Source of the DNA: an uncultured Pseudomonadota bacterium
Lineage (GTDB): Bacteria > Myxococcota_A > UBA796 > SXON01
Length of the DNA: 64,000 bases
NCBI GenBank assembly: GCA_903921785.1
Contig: CAIXRH010000132.1
Span: forward strand, 75,180 to 139,179
Reading direction: 5' to 3'
Numbering within the stretch: the stretch's first letter is position 1; every line of letters starts with the position of its first letter. Below, one piece after another: positions 11,346-22,897 of this stretch. The position numbers were made by a program, and so were the translations under genes. The notes beneath the pieces are model-generated. The model had not been told where the DNA came from. It made no database searches and was given only the letters and a program-made list of their open reading frames with translations.

Positions 11346-12193
11346 GGGCCCTGGCTGGTCGGGCGGTCACGCAGAGCGTCGAGACCGAGGCGGGCGGGCG
11401 CTCTCGCGCGCTCCAGGTCGCGGCAGGGCTCCGGGTCGAGTACGCTGCCGCCGTGCTGCTCCTCGCCGTCGCCTGCTTCGTCCCCTACCCCGAGCCCGCG
11501 GAGGTGGTGTACGACGCGCAGGGGCTCCCCGACTGCGACGCCAGCTTCACGGACGAGCAGGTTTGCAGCTCCATCTCTCACTGGAGCAACAGCGAGGTCG
11601 AGGGGTTCACCGACGGCACGACGGGGAACATCCCCGTGCGGTGGATCGGCACGGAGGTCCAGCCGGCGTTCTGCTCCGACGACGGCACCGCGGCCGAGGC
11701 GTGGGCCCTCGAAGTCGCCCCCGACGACGGGGGGTCCCACCGGCTGTACGGCACCGACGCTCGCTGGTTCGACCTGCGCCGGTACGACGCGGAGGGGGCC
11801 TTCGTGCGGATCGACCGCGTGATGCGCTGCGCCTTCGTCACCGACCAGGCCGCCAGCCCGCCGGGCATGACCTCGGTGGACCCCCTGATGACCCTCACCG
11901 GCGCCCTCGCGGCCACCCCCGAGGACTTCTACCCGATGGCCCGCGAGATGGCGCGGTGGCGACGGGGCCTGTTCCCGGTGCAGGCCGTCGTGGCGTTCGG
12001 CGAGGCGCAGGCGGAGAGCCGCACCCTCCGCGTCTGCGCCATCCGGTGTGGTGAATGCGACGACGTGATCGGCCCCACGCGAAACTACACGGCGGTCCTG
12101 GAGACCCAGGATTGGGTGTACGACCCGACCGCGGCCACCGTGAGCTTCGCCGTCGAGGACACGCGCGAGGTCGAGTGTCAGGCCAAGTTCTGA
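11315..12193 (+). CDS. Hypothetical Cys-rich protein, possible lipoprotein (start uncertain)
   Basis: Long open frame with GC3 bias and an internal LLLAVAC lipobox-like segment. The only conventional upstream in-frame start is TTG 11315, which lies inside repeat copy A. The alternative GTG just before LLLAVAC would give a very short signal peptide. Confidence 0.45.
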   Translation: MGRGSHPATPRALAGRAVTQSVETEAGGRSRALQVAAGLRVEYAAAVLLLAVACFVPYPEPAEVVYDAQGLPDCDASFTDEQVCSSISHWSNSEVEGFTDGTTGNIPVRWIGTEVQPAFCSDDGTAAEAWALEVAPDDGGSHRLYGTDARWFDLRRYDAEGAFVRIDRVMRCAFVTDQAASPPGMTSVDPLMTLTGALAATPEDFYPMAREMARWRRGLFPVQAVVAFGEAQAESRTLRVCAIRCGECDDVIGPTRNYTAVLETQDWVYDPTAATVSFAVEDTREVECQAKF

Positions 12194-12298
12194 GGGCGAG
12201 GTGGTCCCCGACGCCCGGCTCGCCGGGGTAGGTTCACGGCCCCGCCTGAGCACGTCCGCCTTGTCCTTCCGTCGCGCCCCGCGCCCGTTGCGAACGCC

Positions 12299-13219
12299 GT
12301 GAGCACCGCCGTGCTTTCCCCAGGAGCGCTGCCCGGCTGGGCGGCGCTTGGCGTCGTCGCGATCACCCTTCTGGGGCTCGAAGGGGCCGTCCGCGCCGGC
12401 TACCACCCGCCAGGAGAGCTCCTGCCGAAGGTCGAGAAGGCCCGGGCGTCCCTCGACCCCGAGAAGCCCGACCTCCTGGTCTTCGGCACCTGCATCGCGT
12501 ACCAGGCGCTCGACCACGACGTGTTCGACAACGGCTTCGGCGCGGCCGCCCGGGTCCACGATCTGAGCGCCCCCGGCGCCTTCGCGATGGACTGGTACCT
12601 CACCCTCCGCAACGTACTGGATCCCGCGCTCGTGGACATGGTGATCGTGCTCTTCACTCCGGGCGATCTCTCGGTGCCATCGATCACCTGGCAGGCGCAG
12701 ACGTACGCGCTGATGGACCCCACCTCCATCCGCGAGGTGGCGGATTGGTCGTGCCCCGACACCACGTGCCGCACGGAGCTGTACCTGCGCAAGTTCTCGC
12801 TCCTCTACCGGAACCGCGCGTACCTGGGGAACCACCTTTGGACCGCCGTCGGCGCCCGGGAAGGGACGGGCCCCCTGCTCGACCAGACGCCCTACACCCC
12901 GAACCCGAACGCGGCCTCCAAGGCGCCCTGGCACTTCGTCGGGCGGATGGTGGAGCTGGCGCGGGAGCGGGGCACCGTGATCGAGTTCCTCGAGCTCCCG
13001 CTGAACCCCGAGGCGGAGCCCGACAAGTGGACCACCCACGAAGAGGTGCGGGTGCAGACCGAAGCCAAACTCGCGGCGCTCGGGGTGACCGTCCGTCGCC
13101 TCCAGACGCCGCCCGCCGACGAGTACGAAGACCTCGTCCACTTCACCAAGACCGGCCGAAAACACATGGCGGAGCAGGTGCTCGCCGTGCTCGCCGATCG
13201 TCCGGAGCTCCACCGATGA
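12299..13219 (+). CDS. Hypothetical membrane-anchored protein (weak SGNH/GDSL-hydrolase-like features)
   Basis: GTG start, N-terminal TM segment (WAALGVVAITLLGLEG), LLVFGTCIAY near the N-terminus and EDLVHFT (DxxH-like) near the C-terminus. The stop overlaps the next ATG (ATGA). Confidence 0.5.
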   Translation: MSTAVLSPGALPGWAALGVVAITLLGLEGAVRAGYHPPGELLPKVEKARASLDPEKPDLLVFGTCIAYQALDHDVFDNGFGAAARVHDLSAPGAFAMDWYLTLRNVLDPALVDMVIVLFTPGDLSVPSITWQAQTYALMDPTSIREVADWSCPDTTCRTELYLRKFSLLYRNRAYLGNHLWTAVGAREGTGPLLDQTPYTPNPNAASKAPWHFVGRMVELARERGTVIEFLELPLNPEAEPDKWTTHEEVRVQTEAKLAALGVTVRRLQTPPADEYEDLVHFTKTGRKHMAEQVLAVLADRPELHR

Positions 13220-14661
13220 AGCGTAAACCCCGCCCCCCGGTCGAGGTCACCATCGACGGTCTCGACGGCGACGGCATCGGCACCGGGCTCGACGCCCGCG
13301 GGCGCCGCTGGACGCTCCGCGGCGCGGTTCCCGGGTCCGTGGTCCTCGCGGGCGGCCGGTGCGGCTCCGGCACCGTGCTCGGAGTGGTGCAACCGGCGGT
13401 CGACGCGGTCGAGCCCCGTTGCCCGGTGTTCGGCACCTGCGGCGGCTGCCTGTACCAGCAGGTGCCGCTGGAGCGGCAACGGGCCGAGAAGCACGCGGCC
13501 CTGACCACCTTGCTCGCGCCGCTCGGCGCCCCCGGCGTCGGTCCGATCGGCACCCCGGGGGAGGGCTACGGCTATCGGAACCGGATGGAGCTGAGCTTCG
13601 GCGTGGATCGGTACCTGGGGCGCGCGGAGCAGGCACGCGCCAACGCCGGCGAAGAGATCGAGCGCGCCGGCCGCTTTCTGGGGCTCCACGGCGCCGGGCG
13701 CTTCGACCGCATCGTCGACCTCGACGCCTGCGCCATCGCCAGTCCCGCGTTGGATGCCGTGCTCGCCCGCGTCCGAGCCGACGTGCTCGCTTCCCCGTTT
13801 CCGACCTGGGCGCCCCGCGCCCAGACCGGCTTCTGGCGCCACCTCGGCCTCCGGGAAGGGGCAGAGGGCGTGGTCCTCCTCGTCTACACCACGCCCGGCG
13901 CGGAGGCAGAGGCCGCCTGGCTGGTTGAGCACGCGCCGACCTGGGGCGCGGCCGCCGTCCTCTGGTACACCACCGAGCGCACGGCCGACGCCGCCGTCGG
14001 CGACCTGCGCGCGGTCCTCCACGGGGAGCCTCGCCTCGCCGTGTCCCTGGGCGGCGTCCCGCTCACCCTCTCCCCGCTCGCCTTCTTCCAGGTGAACCCA
14101 ACCGGAGCCGAGCTGCTCCTCCGGGTGATCCGGGGGGCGCTCCGTCCCGGAGAGGGAGCACCGGAGCCCGCCGACGTGGCCCCCGACGTCGCGCCGAGCG
14201 GGCTGCTGCTCGACCTATACTGCGGGGTCGGAGCGCTCGGGCTCGCGTTGCACCACGAGTTCTCCGCCGTGGCCGGCATCGACCTCGTGGCCGAGGGGAT
14301 CGCCGAGGCGATGCGCAACGCGGCCCTCCTCGGCGTCCGCGCCGATTACCGGGCGGGGCCCGCCGAGAAGCTGCTCCCCGACCTCCTTCGGGATCACGGC
14401 TGCACGGGCGCGAAGAGCCAGCGCCTCGCCGTGCTCGTGGACCCCCCCCGCAACGGCCTCCACCCGGACGCGCTCGCGCCCTTGTGTACGCTAGACGCCG
14501 ACGTCCTGGTGTACGTGGCCTGCCGTCCGTCCAGCCTCGCTCGCGACGGCGCGAAGCTCCGCGCTGCCGGGTGGCGCTGCACCGGCTGGACTGCGGTCGA
14601 CCTCTTCCCCCACACCGCCCACGTCGAGGTGGTGGCTCGCTTCGTGCGGGAGCCGGCGTAG
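13216..14661 (+). CDS. 23S rRNA (uracil-5)-methyltransferase, RumA/RlmD (TrmA) family
   Basis: CPVFGTCGGCLYQ Fe-S cysteines, FFQVN, LLLDLYCGVGALGLAL (SAM motif I), VLVDPPRNG and VYVACRPSSLARD. ATG 13216 lies within track ORF 12745..14661. Confidence 0.82.
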   Translation: MKRKPRPPVEVTIDGLDGDGIGTGLDARGRRWTLRGAVPGSVVLAGGRCGSGTVLGVVQPAVDAVEPRCPVFGTCGGCLYQQVPLERQRAEKHAALTTLLAPLGAPGVGPIGTPGEGYGYRNRMELSFGVDRYLGRAEQARANAGEEIERAGRFLGLHGAGRFDRIVDLDACAIASPALDAVLARVRADVLASPFPTWAPRAQTGFWRHLGLREGAEGVVLLVYTTPGAEAEAAWLVEHAPTWGAAAVLWYTTERTADAAVGDLRAVLHGEPRLAVSLGGVPLTLSPLAFFQVNPTGAELLLRVIRGALRPGEGAPEPADVAPDVAPSGLLLDLYCGVGALGLALHHEFSAVAGIDLVAEGIAEAMRNAALLGVRADYRAGPAEKLLPDLLRDHGCTGAKSQRLAVLVDPPRNGLHPDALAPLCTLDADVLVYVACRPSSLARDGAKLRAAGWRCTGWTAVDLFPHTAHVEVVARFVREPA

Positions 14662-14698
14662 TCGGCCGGAGTCGGCTACCCTGGCCGCGGAGACGACC

Positions 14699-15751
14699 AT
14701 GTCCGTTCGCGCCCGCGCCGCCCTCCTCGCCCTGCCCTTCGCCGCCGCGTGCTCCACCGGCGCCGAGCTCCTCCCCCAGGACACCAGCACGTCGGGCTGC
14801 GACCGGGTGCACGGCGCCACCGGGGTGATCCTCGTCACCGACGCCGGGAACACCCAGCACTTCCCAACGGAAGCGCCGTCCGACACGCTCGCTACCACCA
14901 CGGTGGCCGGCCCGCTCGCGGACGGGACGTGGCTCGCCGTAAGCGGCAACGAGGTGCTCGCGAGCGACGACGGGGGCTGCAACTGGCAGAGCGCTGGCGG
15001 GCGGCTGCCCTCCGGCGGCGTCTGGGACCTCGTGACCGTGGGCGCCACCGCCTACGCGTTCGATCGGGGCGGCGCGCAGGTCGGCATCAGCGGGGACGGC
15101 GGGCTCTCGTGGACCGCTGCGGACGCTGGCGAGCCGTTCATCGGCTCTGTCCGCGCGGACAGCACCGGGCGCCTCCGCGGCGTGCAGGCTCGAGGCCTGG
15201 TCACCTCGGAGGACGGCGGCCAGACCTGGACGCCTTCCGGCACCCCTCCCCCCGGCGCACCGGCGGGCGCCGCGGTCTTCCCCGGAGATCTCGACGTCGC
15301 GGCGGTCACCTACAGCGGCGGCGTCGCGATCACCCGCAACGGCGGCACGAGCTGGGATGACCTCGGCGCGGAGCTGGTGGTCGACGGCTTCATCGGCCAC
15401 TCGGTGGACTTCGCCAGCGACAGCGCGGACATCCTCTGGGTCGGCGGCGAGGACCCCGAGCAGAGTGTGATCCACCGCACGGTGGACGCGGGCGCCCACT
15501 GGACCGACGTCGCCACCTCCAAGAGCCTCGACCTCGACGCCGACGCGCCGATCTGGCCCGTCCCTGGCATGCCGAACGAGGCGCTCGCCGCCTATGGAAG
15601 CTCCGAAGACAACTTCGGCATCAGCGTGTACCACATCATCGCCGGCGACAGCCTCCACACGACGCACACCGGTGGTACGTATTTCCACGTGAACGACGCC
15701 GCCTTCACGGAAGATGGGTCGTGGCTCGTCGCGGTGGACGGCGTCCAGTAA
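14699..15751 (+). CDS. Lipoprotein with BNR/Asp-box repeats (beta-propeller, Ycf48/sialidase-like)
   Basis: Signal plus lipobox (LALPFAAAC). Asp-box-like SxDxGxxW motifs: SDDGGCNW, SGDGGLSW, SEDGGQTW, TRNGGTSW, VDAGAHW. Confidence 0.65.
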   Translation: MSVRARAALLALPFAAACSTGAELLPQDTSTSGCDRVHGATGVILVTDAGNTQHFPTEAPSDTLATTTVAGPLADGTWLAVSGNEVLASDDGGCNWQSAGGRLPSGGVWDLVTVGATAYAFDRGGAQVGISGDGGLSWTAADAGEPFIGSVRADSTGRLRGVQARGLVTSEDGGQTWTPSGTPPPGAPAGAAVFPGDLDVAAVTYSGGVAITRNGGTSWDDLGAELVVDGFIGHSVDFASDSADILWVGGEDPEQSVIHRTVDAGAHWTDVATSKSLDLDADAPIWPVPGMPNEALAAYGSSEDNFGISVYHIIAGDSLHTTHTGGTYFHVNDAAFTEDGSWLVAVDGVQ

Positions 15752-15754
15752 CGC

Positions 15755-17866
15755 TCACGCGAACAGGTCCGGGAACTCTTCAGCATCCTCCCCGGAGGCC
15801 AGGTCGAACCAGAACGTAGAGCCCGCCCCGGGCTGGCTCTCGATCCCGACCTGCCCGCCGTGGCCCTCGACCAGCGCCTTCACGAGCGCGAGCCCGAGCC
15901 CGGTGCCGCCGATCTTTCGGGTAGCCCCGTTGTCGACCCGGTAGAACCGGGTGAACAGGCGCGCCTGGGCCTCGTAGGGGATGCCGATCCCGTGGTCGGT
16001 GACGCTGACGCGCGCCCACCCGGGCCGGCTCGAGATCGCCACGCAGACCTCCCCTCCCTCCGGGGAGAACTTGATCGCGTTGGAGAGGAGGTTGGCCAGG
16101 ACCTGGCGGATTCGTGCCGGATCGAACCGGATCGGGGCGATCGGCGCCGGCAGCGCCGCCACCCGGATGGTGTGGCTCTCCAACCCGCCGAACGACGCGG
16201 CCGCCTCCTGGACCAGCGCGGGGAGCTCGGTGAGCTCCATCGCGTACGACTGCCGGCCGCTCTCGATCCGCTGGATGTCGAGGAAGTCGTTGACCAGGTT
16301 CCCCAAGCGCCGCCCTTCCTCCAGGATGATCTTCAGGAACTTCCGTTGGCGCTCAGGGGGATGCTCCCGGGCGAGCAGCAGCTCCGCGAACCCGCACATG
16401 CTCCCGAGCGGCGTGCGCAGCTCATGGGAGACCGTGGACACCAGCTCGTTCTTGAGTCGGTCGACCTCTCGCTGCCGGGTGATGTCGCTGTCGACCACCA
16501 ACCACGCCGTCACCGCGCCTCCCGGCTCGTGGAGCGGGGTGAAGGAGGCGCGCACCCAGATGGGCGAGCCGTCCCGCCGGGGGACCTCGCCGTCCACCTT
16601 GAAGGCGTGGCCCTTGGCGAGGGCGCGGGCGAGGTGCTCGAAGCTGCGCGGGTCCGGCTCGTTGCCGAGGAGCATGCTCGCGGGTTGCCCGAGCAGCTCG
16701 TCCCGGGACCACCCGAACATCGCCTCGTAGCCGGCGTTGACGTACTGGATCGGTTGAAGCGCGTTGGTCACGTCGAACAGCACGATGCCCTCCGTGGAGG
16801 CGTCGATCGCGCGTTCGCGGAGCCTCAGGGTCTCCCGCTCCGCCTCCAGGAGCGCCAGCGACTCCCCGAGCTCCGCGGTTCTCGCAAGGACCCGCCCTTC
16901 GAGCTCATCATTCGCATCCCGGAGCGCCTGATCGGCGTCGGCCCGCTCAAACACCCGCGCCACCTGATCGCCGACGTCCTTGGCGACGCTGAGGAGCACC
17001 TCATCCCGCGGCATCACCGAGGCCGAGAAAAACTCCAGCACCGCCCGGACCCGCCCACGCACGTGAACGGGGAAGGCGAACGCCCCGTGCACGCCGTGCA
17101 CCTTCGCGATCCGCGTCCGCACTCCGCTGGATTGGTTCACGTCCGCCACCCATAGGGGCGTCCCCGCCTGCAAGACCCGGCCTGGGAGTCCCTGCCCCTC
17201 CCCCAGCCGCAGCGACAGGCTGACCGCCCGCAGCGACGCGAAGGCCTCCGCGTCGCTGGCGTAGACCGGGTCGGAGAGCAGGAGGTGGTCCCCGCGCGCG
17301 TCCGGGAGCCAGACCTGCGCGAAGCCCCAGTGGCCGTTTCGCGCGACACAGTCGAGCGTGTGCCGCAGCACCTCCGACACGTCGTTGCCCTCGTTCGCGT
17401 GCGCGGCCACCTCGTGCAGCATCTCCACGTACGCCGCCCGATGTCTGGCCTCCTGCTCCGCGCGCACCCGCTCCGTGACATCCCGGAGGAGCAGGATGGT
17501 CTGCGTGGCGTCGTGGGCGCGCACGCTCGAGGCCTGAACCTCGACCAGCCGACGCGGCTCGAGGAGGAGGTGGTAGGTCGCGGTGTGATGGGCGCCGGTG
17601 CCCATCACCCGAAGTCCAGGATGCTGATCCCGCTGCAGGGGACCGTCGTCGTCAGCGAGCGGCAGCAGCTCCACGATGTCCATGCTGAGGTTCTCGAGCC
17701 GCATACGGTCGAGAAGCGCGTCGAAGGCGTTGTTGCACCACGAGACGCGGCCGTCCTCGTCCACCCACACGATGGCCTCCGCCACCGCATCGAGCGCGAC
17801 CTCCAGACGACCCAGCGTCGTCCTCAGGCTGTCGACGAGGTCGACGTCATCCGGCTCGCCGGTCAT
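15755..17866 (-). CDS. Cytoplasmic sensor histidine kinase (PAS-GAF-PAS-HisKA-HATPase_c)
   Basis: H-box VSTVSHELRTPL, N/G boxes (LLSNAIKFSPEGG, DHGIGIP, GGTGLGLALV), a central GAF-like block and two PAS-like blocks. No TM segment seen. Confidence 0.88.
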   Translation of the reverse strand: MTGEPDDVDLVDSLRTTLGRLEVALDAVAEAIVWVDEDGRVSWCNNAFDALLDRMRLENLSMDIVELLPLADDDGPLQRDQHPGLRVMGTGAHHTATYHLLLEPRRLVEVQASSVRAHDATQTILLLRDVTERVRAEQEARHRAAYVEMLHEVAAHANEGNDVSEVLRHTLDCVARNGHWGFAQVWLPDARGDHLLLSDPVYASDAEAFASLRAVSLSLRLGEGQGLPGRVLQAGTPLWVADVNQSSGVRTRIAKVHGVHGAFAFPVHVRGRVRAVLEFFSASVMPRDEVLLSVAKDVGDQVARVFERADADQALRDANDELEGRVLARTAELGESLALLEAERETLRLRERAIDASTEGIVLFDVTNALQPIQYVNAGYEAMFGWSRDELLGQPASMLLGNEPDPRSFEHLARALAKGHAFKVDGEVPRRDGSPIWVRASFTPLHEPGGAVTAWLVVDSDITRQREVDRLKNELVSTVSHELRTPLGSMCGFAELLLAREHPPERQRKFLKIILEEGRRLGNLVNDFLDIQRIESGRQSYAMELTELPALVQEAAASFGGLESHTIRVAALPAPIAPIRFDPARIRQVLANLLSNAIKFSPEGGEVCVAISSRPGWARVSVTDHGIGIPYEAQARLFTRFYRVDNGATRKIGGTGLGLALVKALVEGHGGQVGIESQPGAGSTFWFDLASGEDAEEFPDLFA

Positions 17867-17945
17867 CCATGCTCCGTGAATCTCCCATCGGTCCCGCTCA
17901 CGTCATCTCAAGCCCGATCCGATCCGACGGCTACCGGGAGGCACC

Positions 17946-18314
17946 GTGAAGACAATTCTGCTGGCCGAAGACGAGCCAAACCTGCGACTCCTGGTGACCT
18001 CGACGCTCGAAGACCCCAAGTACGAGCTGGTCAGCTGCGCCGATGGCCGGGAGGCGCTCGCCCGGGCCCGGGAGTCCCGCCCCGATCTCCTCATCCTGGA
18101 CTGGATGATGCCGGGGCTGACCGGGATCGACGTAGTGCGGACGCTCCGCGCCGAGCCCGGCTTCGAGACGGTGCCTGTGGTGCTGCTCACCGCCCGTTCC
18201 CAGGAGCACGACCGCGCCGAGGCCCGCAAGGCGGGCGTGACCCACTACCTCACCAAGCCGTTCTCCCCGCTGGAGCTCCTCGACCTCGTCGAATCGATCA
18301 CGGGGACCGCATGA
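17946..18314 (+). CDS. Single-domain response regulator (receiver)
   Basis: ILLAEDEP..., DLLILDWMMPGLTG (phospho-Asp), VVLLTA, YLTKPF. GTG start. Confidence 0.88.
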   Translation: MKTILLAEDEPNLRLLVTSTLEDPKYELVSCADGREALARARESRPDLLILDWMMPGLTGIDVVRTLRAEPGFETVPVVLLTARSQEHDRAEARKAGVTHYLTKPFSPLELLDLVESITGTA

Positions 18315-19135
18315 GCGACAACCCAGCTGATCGGGAGAGCGCCAGCCAGGCGCAGATGCAGCGGTTCGTGGCCGACCTCAAGGAGGCCCGCGCCCGCGAG
18401 AAGCAGCAGGCCGCCGCGACCCAGGCCGCCTACGCCCAGCTCAGCGCCTACGCCCGCGACGTGAAGACCGCGTGGCGGAAGGAGCGCCAACGCGCCGAGC
18501 AGCTCGAGCGCGCCTACCTCAACACCCTCCAGGTCCTGCTCCGGGCCTCGGCCTACAAGGACGAAGAGACCGGCGCGCACATCGCCCGCATCCGCCACTA
18601 CTCCAAGACGCTCTGCCTCGCCGCAGGCCTCGGGGAGGACCTCGCGACCCTGGTCTACGACGCGTCACCGATGCACGACGTCGGCAAGATTGGCGTCCCC
18701 GACGTGGTGCTCAAGAAGCCGGGAAGCCTCGACCCGGACGAGTGGAAGATCATGCGCCGGCATCCGGCCATCGGCGCGTCCCTGCTCAACGGCACCGGCT
18801 CTGCCCTGCTCGAAGCGGCCCGCGAGATCGCGTTGACCCACCACGAACGCTGGGACGGCTCCGGCTACCCCAACGGGCTCGTGGGCGAGGCGATCCCGCT
18901 GCTCGGCCGGGTGGTGAACCTCGTCGACCAGTACGACGCGCTGCGAAGCCCGCGCGTGTACAAGCCGGCGTTCACCCACGAACGGACGTGTGAGATCATG
19001 CTCAAGGGCGACGGGCGCTCCATGCCCGCCCACTTCGACCCCAACCTCCTGGCGGCCTTCGGCGACACCCACCTGCAGCTCGCGGCGGTCTACGAGCGCT
19101 TCTGTGAAGGCGCACCCGACGCGTTGGGCGACTGA
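18311..19135 (+). CDS. HD-GYP domain phosphodiesterase (probable c-di-GMP hydrolase)
   Basis: MHDVGKIGVPD..., HPAIGASLL, HHERWDGSGYPNGL. ATG 18311 overlaps the receiver stop (ATGA). Only the last 274 aa of track ORF 17285..19135 are used. Confidence 0.85.
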   Translation: MSDNPADRESASQAQMQRFVADLKEARAREKQQAAATQAAYAQLSAYARDVKTAWRKERQRAEQLERAYLNTLQVLLRASAYKDEETGAHIARIRHYSKTLCLAAGLGEDLATLVYDASPMHDVGKIGVPDVVLKKPGSLDPDEWKIMRRHPAIGASLLNGTGSALLEAAREIALTHHERWDGSGYPNGLVGEAIPLLGRVVNLVDQYDALRSPRVYKPAFTHERTCEIMLKGDGRSMPAHFDPNLLAAFGDTHLQLAAVYERFCEGAPDALGD

Positions 19136-19190
19136 GGCGTAGACGACAACGGGCGCCCCGATGAACGGAGCGCCCGTGGAGTCACGACCC

Positions 19191-19226
19191 GGGGACGTTG
19201 CAGGGGGCGGGCCCCCTGCCCCAAAA
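19191..19226 (-). repeat. GC hairpin element copy C (minus orientation)
   Basis: The rc reads ttttggggcagggggcccgccccctgcaacgtcccc. It begins 3 nt after the stop of the minus-strand gene 19229..21469. Confidence 0.6.
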
Positions 19227-19228
19227 TC

Positions 19229-21469
<2,241 letters not shown>

Positions 21470-21554
21470 GCGGGATCCTCGGCGACGTCCGGAAGGCGGA
21501 GACGCGGGCGCAGATTAGCCGCCCCAGGGGCCCGATGTCAACGGTTTGTTGCCC

Positions 21555-22160
21555 CTACAGCAGGTGCCCACTCTTGTCCCGCTTGGTGTCGAGGTAGTGG
21601 GCGTTGTGTGGATTTGGCTCGGAGCGAAGCGGAATCTGCCCCACCACGTCGATGCCTGCCCTGGTCAATCCCGCCCGCTTGGTGGGGTTGTTCGTGAGCA
21701 GCACGATCGATCGCACACCGAGCTGCCGGAGCACCTCAGCGGCCACATCGTAGCGGCGCAGGTCGTCGGGGAAGCCGAGCGCGAGGTTGGCCTCCACGGT
21801 GTCGAGGCCTTCGTCCTGCAGCGCGTAGGCGCGGATCTTGTTCGCCAGCCCGATGCCCCGGCCTTCCTGGGGCAGGTACACCACCGCGCCCCGATCGGCG
21901 CGCCCGATGAACCGGAGCGCGGCCTCGAGCTGATCCCGGCAGTCGCACTTGAGGCTGCCCATCACATCGCCGGTGAAACACTCGCTGTGGAGGCGCACCG
22001 GCACCGCCTCGGCACCGCGGAGCTCCCCGCGCATCACCACGCCGTACTCCCCGTCCTCACATTCGAAGGCGGCGACCCGGAAGTCCCCAAACCGGGAGGG
22101 GAGCCGCGCGGATGCAGCCAGCTTGACGACGGGCCGCGGCGACGTTTCGATTCGTTCCAC
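21555..22160 (-). CDS. ribA: GTP cyclohydrolase II (riboflavin biosynthesis)
   Basis: VRLHSECFTGDVMGSLKCDCRDQL, YLPQEGRGIGLANKIRAY, LLTNNP. The preferred start is GTG 22160, 4 nt after GGAGG (22165-22169). The ORF-track start at 22310 adds a non-homologous extension. Confidence 0.88.
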   Translation of the reverse strand: MERIETSPRPVVKLAASARLPSRFGDFRVAAFECEDGEYGVVMRGELRGAEAVPVRLHSECFTGDVMGSLKCDCRDQLEAALRFIGRADRGAVVYLPQEGRGIGLANKIRAYALQDEGLDTVEANLALGFPDDLRRYDVAAEVLRQLGVRSIVLLTNNPTKRAGLTRAGIDVVGQIPLRSEPNPHNAHYLDTKRDKSGHLL

Positions 22161-22329
22161 TTGACCTCCGGCGGACCGCCCGGAGGCAGTCCCGTGGGCC
22201 TGGGGCCCTTCTCGGTGAAGACCGACGGCCACGAGACGTGCCGTTGGGGCGCCTGAGCGCACGAGGACTTGTATCCGGCGGCGAGGCGGGTCAACTGGCG
22301 CCGTCCACAAAGGTAAGGGCGGCTACGCC

Positions 22330-22368
22330 AAAAACGACGCGGGCGCACTCCGGGAGGAGCGCGCCCGC
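22330..22368 (-). terminator. Intrinsic terminator downstream of the HU gene
   Basis: Minus strand: stem gcgggcgc (22368-22361) / gcgcccgc (22346-22339) with inner ctcc/ggag pairs, followed by gtcgTTTTTgg (T-tract 22334-22330). Confidence 0.6.
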
Positions 22369-22386
22369 GAACGACGGCCCGGAGGC

Positions 22387-22662
22387 TTAGTCGTTGAGGG
22401 CTTCCTTCAGGCCCTTGCCGGCGCGGAAGACCGGGATGCGACGGGAGGGGACCTGGATCACCGCGCCGTTCTTGGGGTTGTGGCCCTTGAACTGGCGACG
22501 CTGGGACACCGTGAAGGTGCCGAAGTCGGAGATCGTGACCTTCTCGCCCTTGGTGAGCGCGTCCTGGATGGTGTCCATGACGATGTTGACGTACTGGGCG
22601 GCGCGGATCTTCGGGATGCTCGCCTTTTCGGACAGCTGCTCGGTGAGGTCGGCTTTGTTCAT
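22387..22662 (-). CDS. hup: HU-family nucleoid-associated DNA-binding protein
   Basis: MNKADLTEQLSEKASIPKIRAAQYVNIVMDTIQDALTKGEKVTISDFGTFTVSQRRQFKGHNPKNGAVIQVPSRRIPVFRAGKGLKEAL is the canonical HU/IHF fold sequence. Confidence 0.92.
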   Translation of the reverse strand: MNKADLTEQLSEKASIPKIRAAQYVNIVMDTIQDALTKGEKVTISDFGTFTVSQRRQFKGHNPKNGAVIQVPSRRIPVFRAGKGLKEALND

Positions 22663-22897
22663 GGGAGACTCCGTTGGCTCGGGGAGGTTTGGTACCAGTA
22701 TCCAAAAAACACAAATTCTGTGTGATCAGGAGCTGGACGCGTCAACCACCGCGCGGGAGGGCCTCGGACCCAGGGGCCGGAGAAACCTTGATGCGCTGCG
22801 GTTTACGTGCTGCCCATTTAGCAGGCTGGTGCGCCGGCACGCAACGGGAAAATGCCACTTTTTTCGCGGAAATCGTAAATCAAAATAGTCCAAAAAC

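Noticed and set aside
22161-22329. FMN (RFN) riboswitch in the 170-nt ribA leader
   Set aside because: The conserved RFN core strings (GGGTGAAATTCCC, ACCGGCGGT, CCGACAGT..AGTCTGGATG) are absent on the sense strand. Only vague fragments appear.
22841-22857. Sigma-54-like motif on the minus strand (TGGCATTTTCCCGTTGC) upstream of HU
   Set aside because: The GG-to-GC spacing is two nucleotides too long for a functional -24/-12 promoter.
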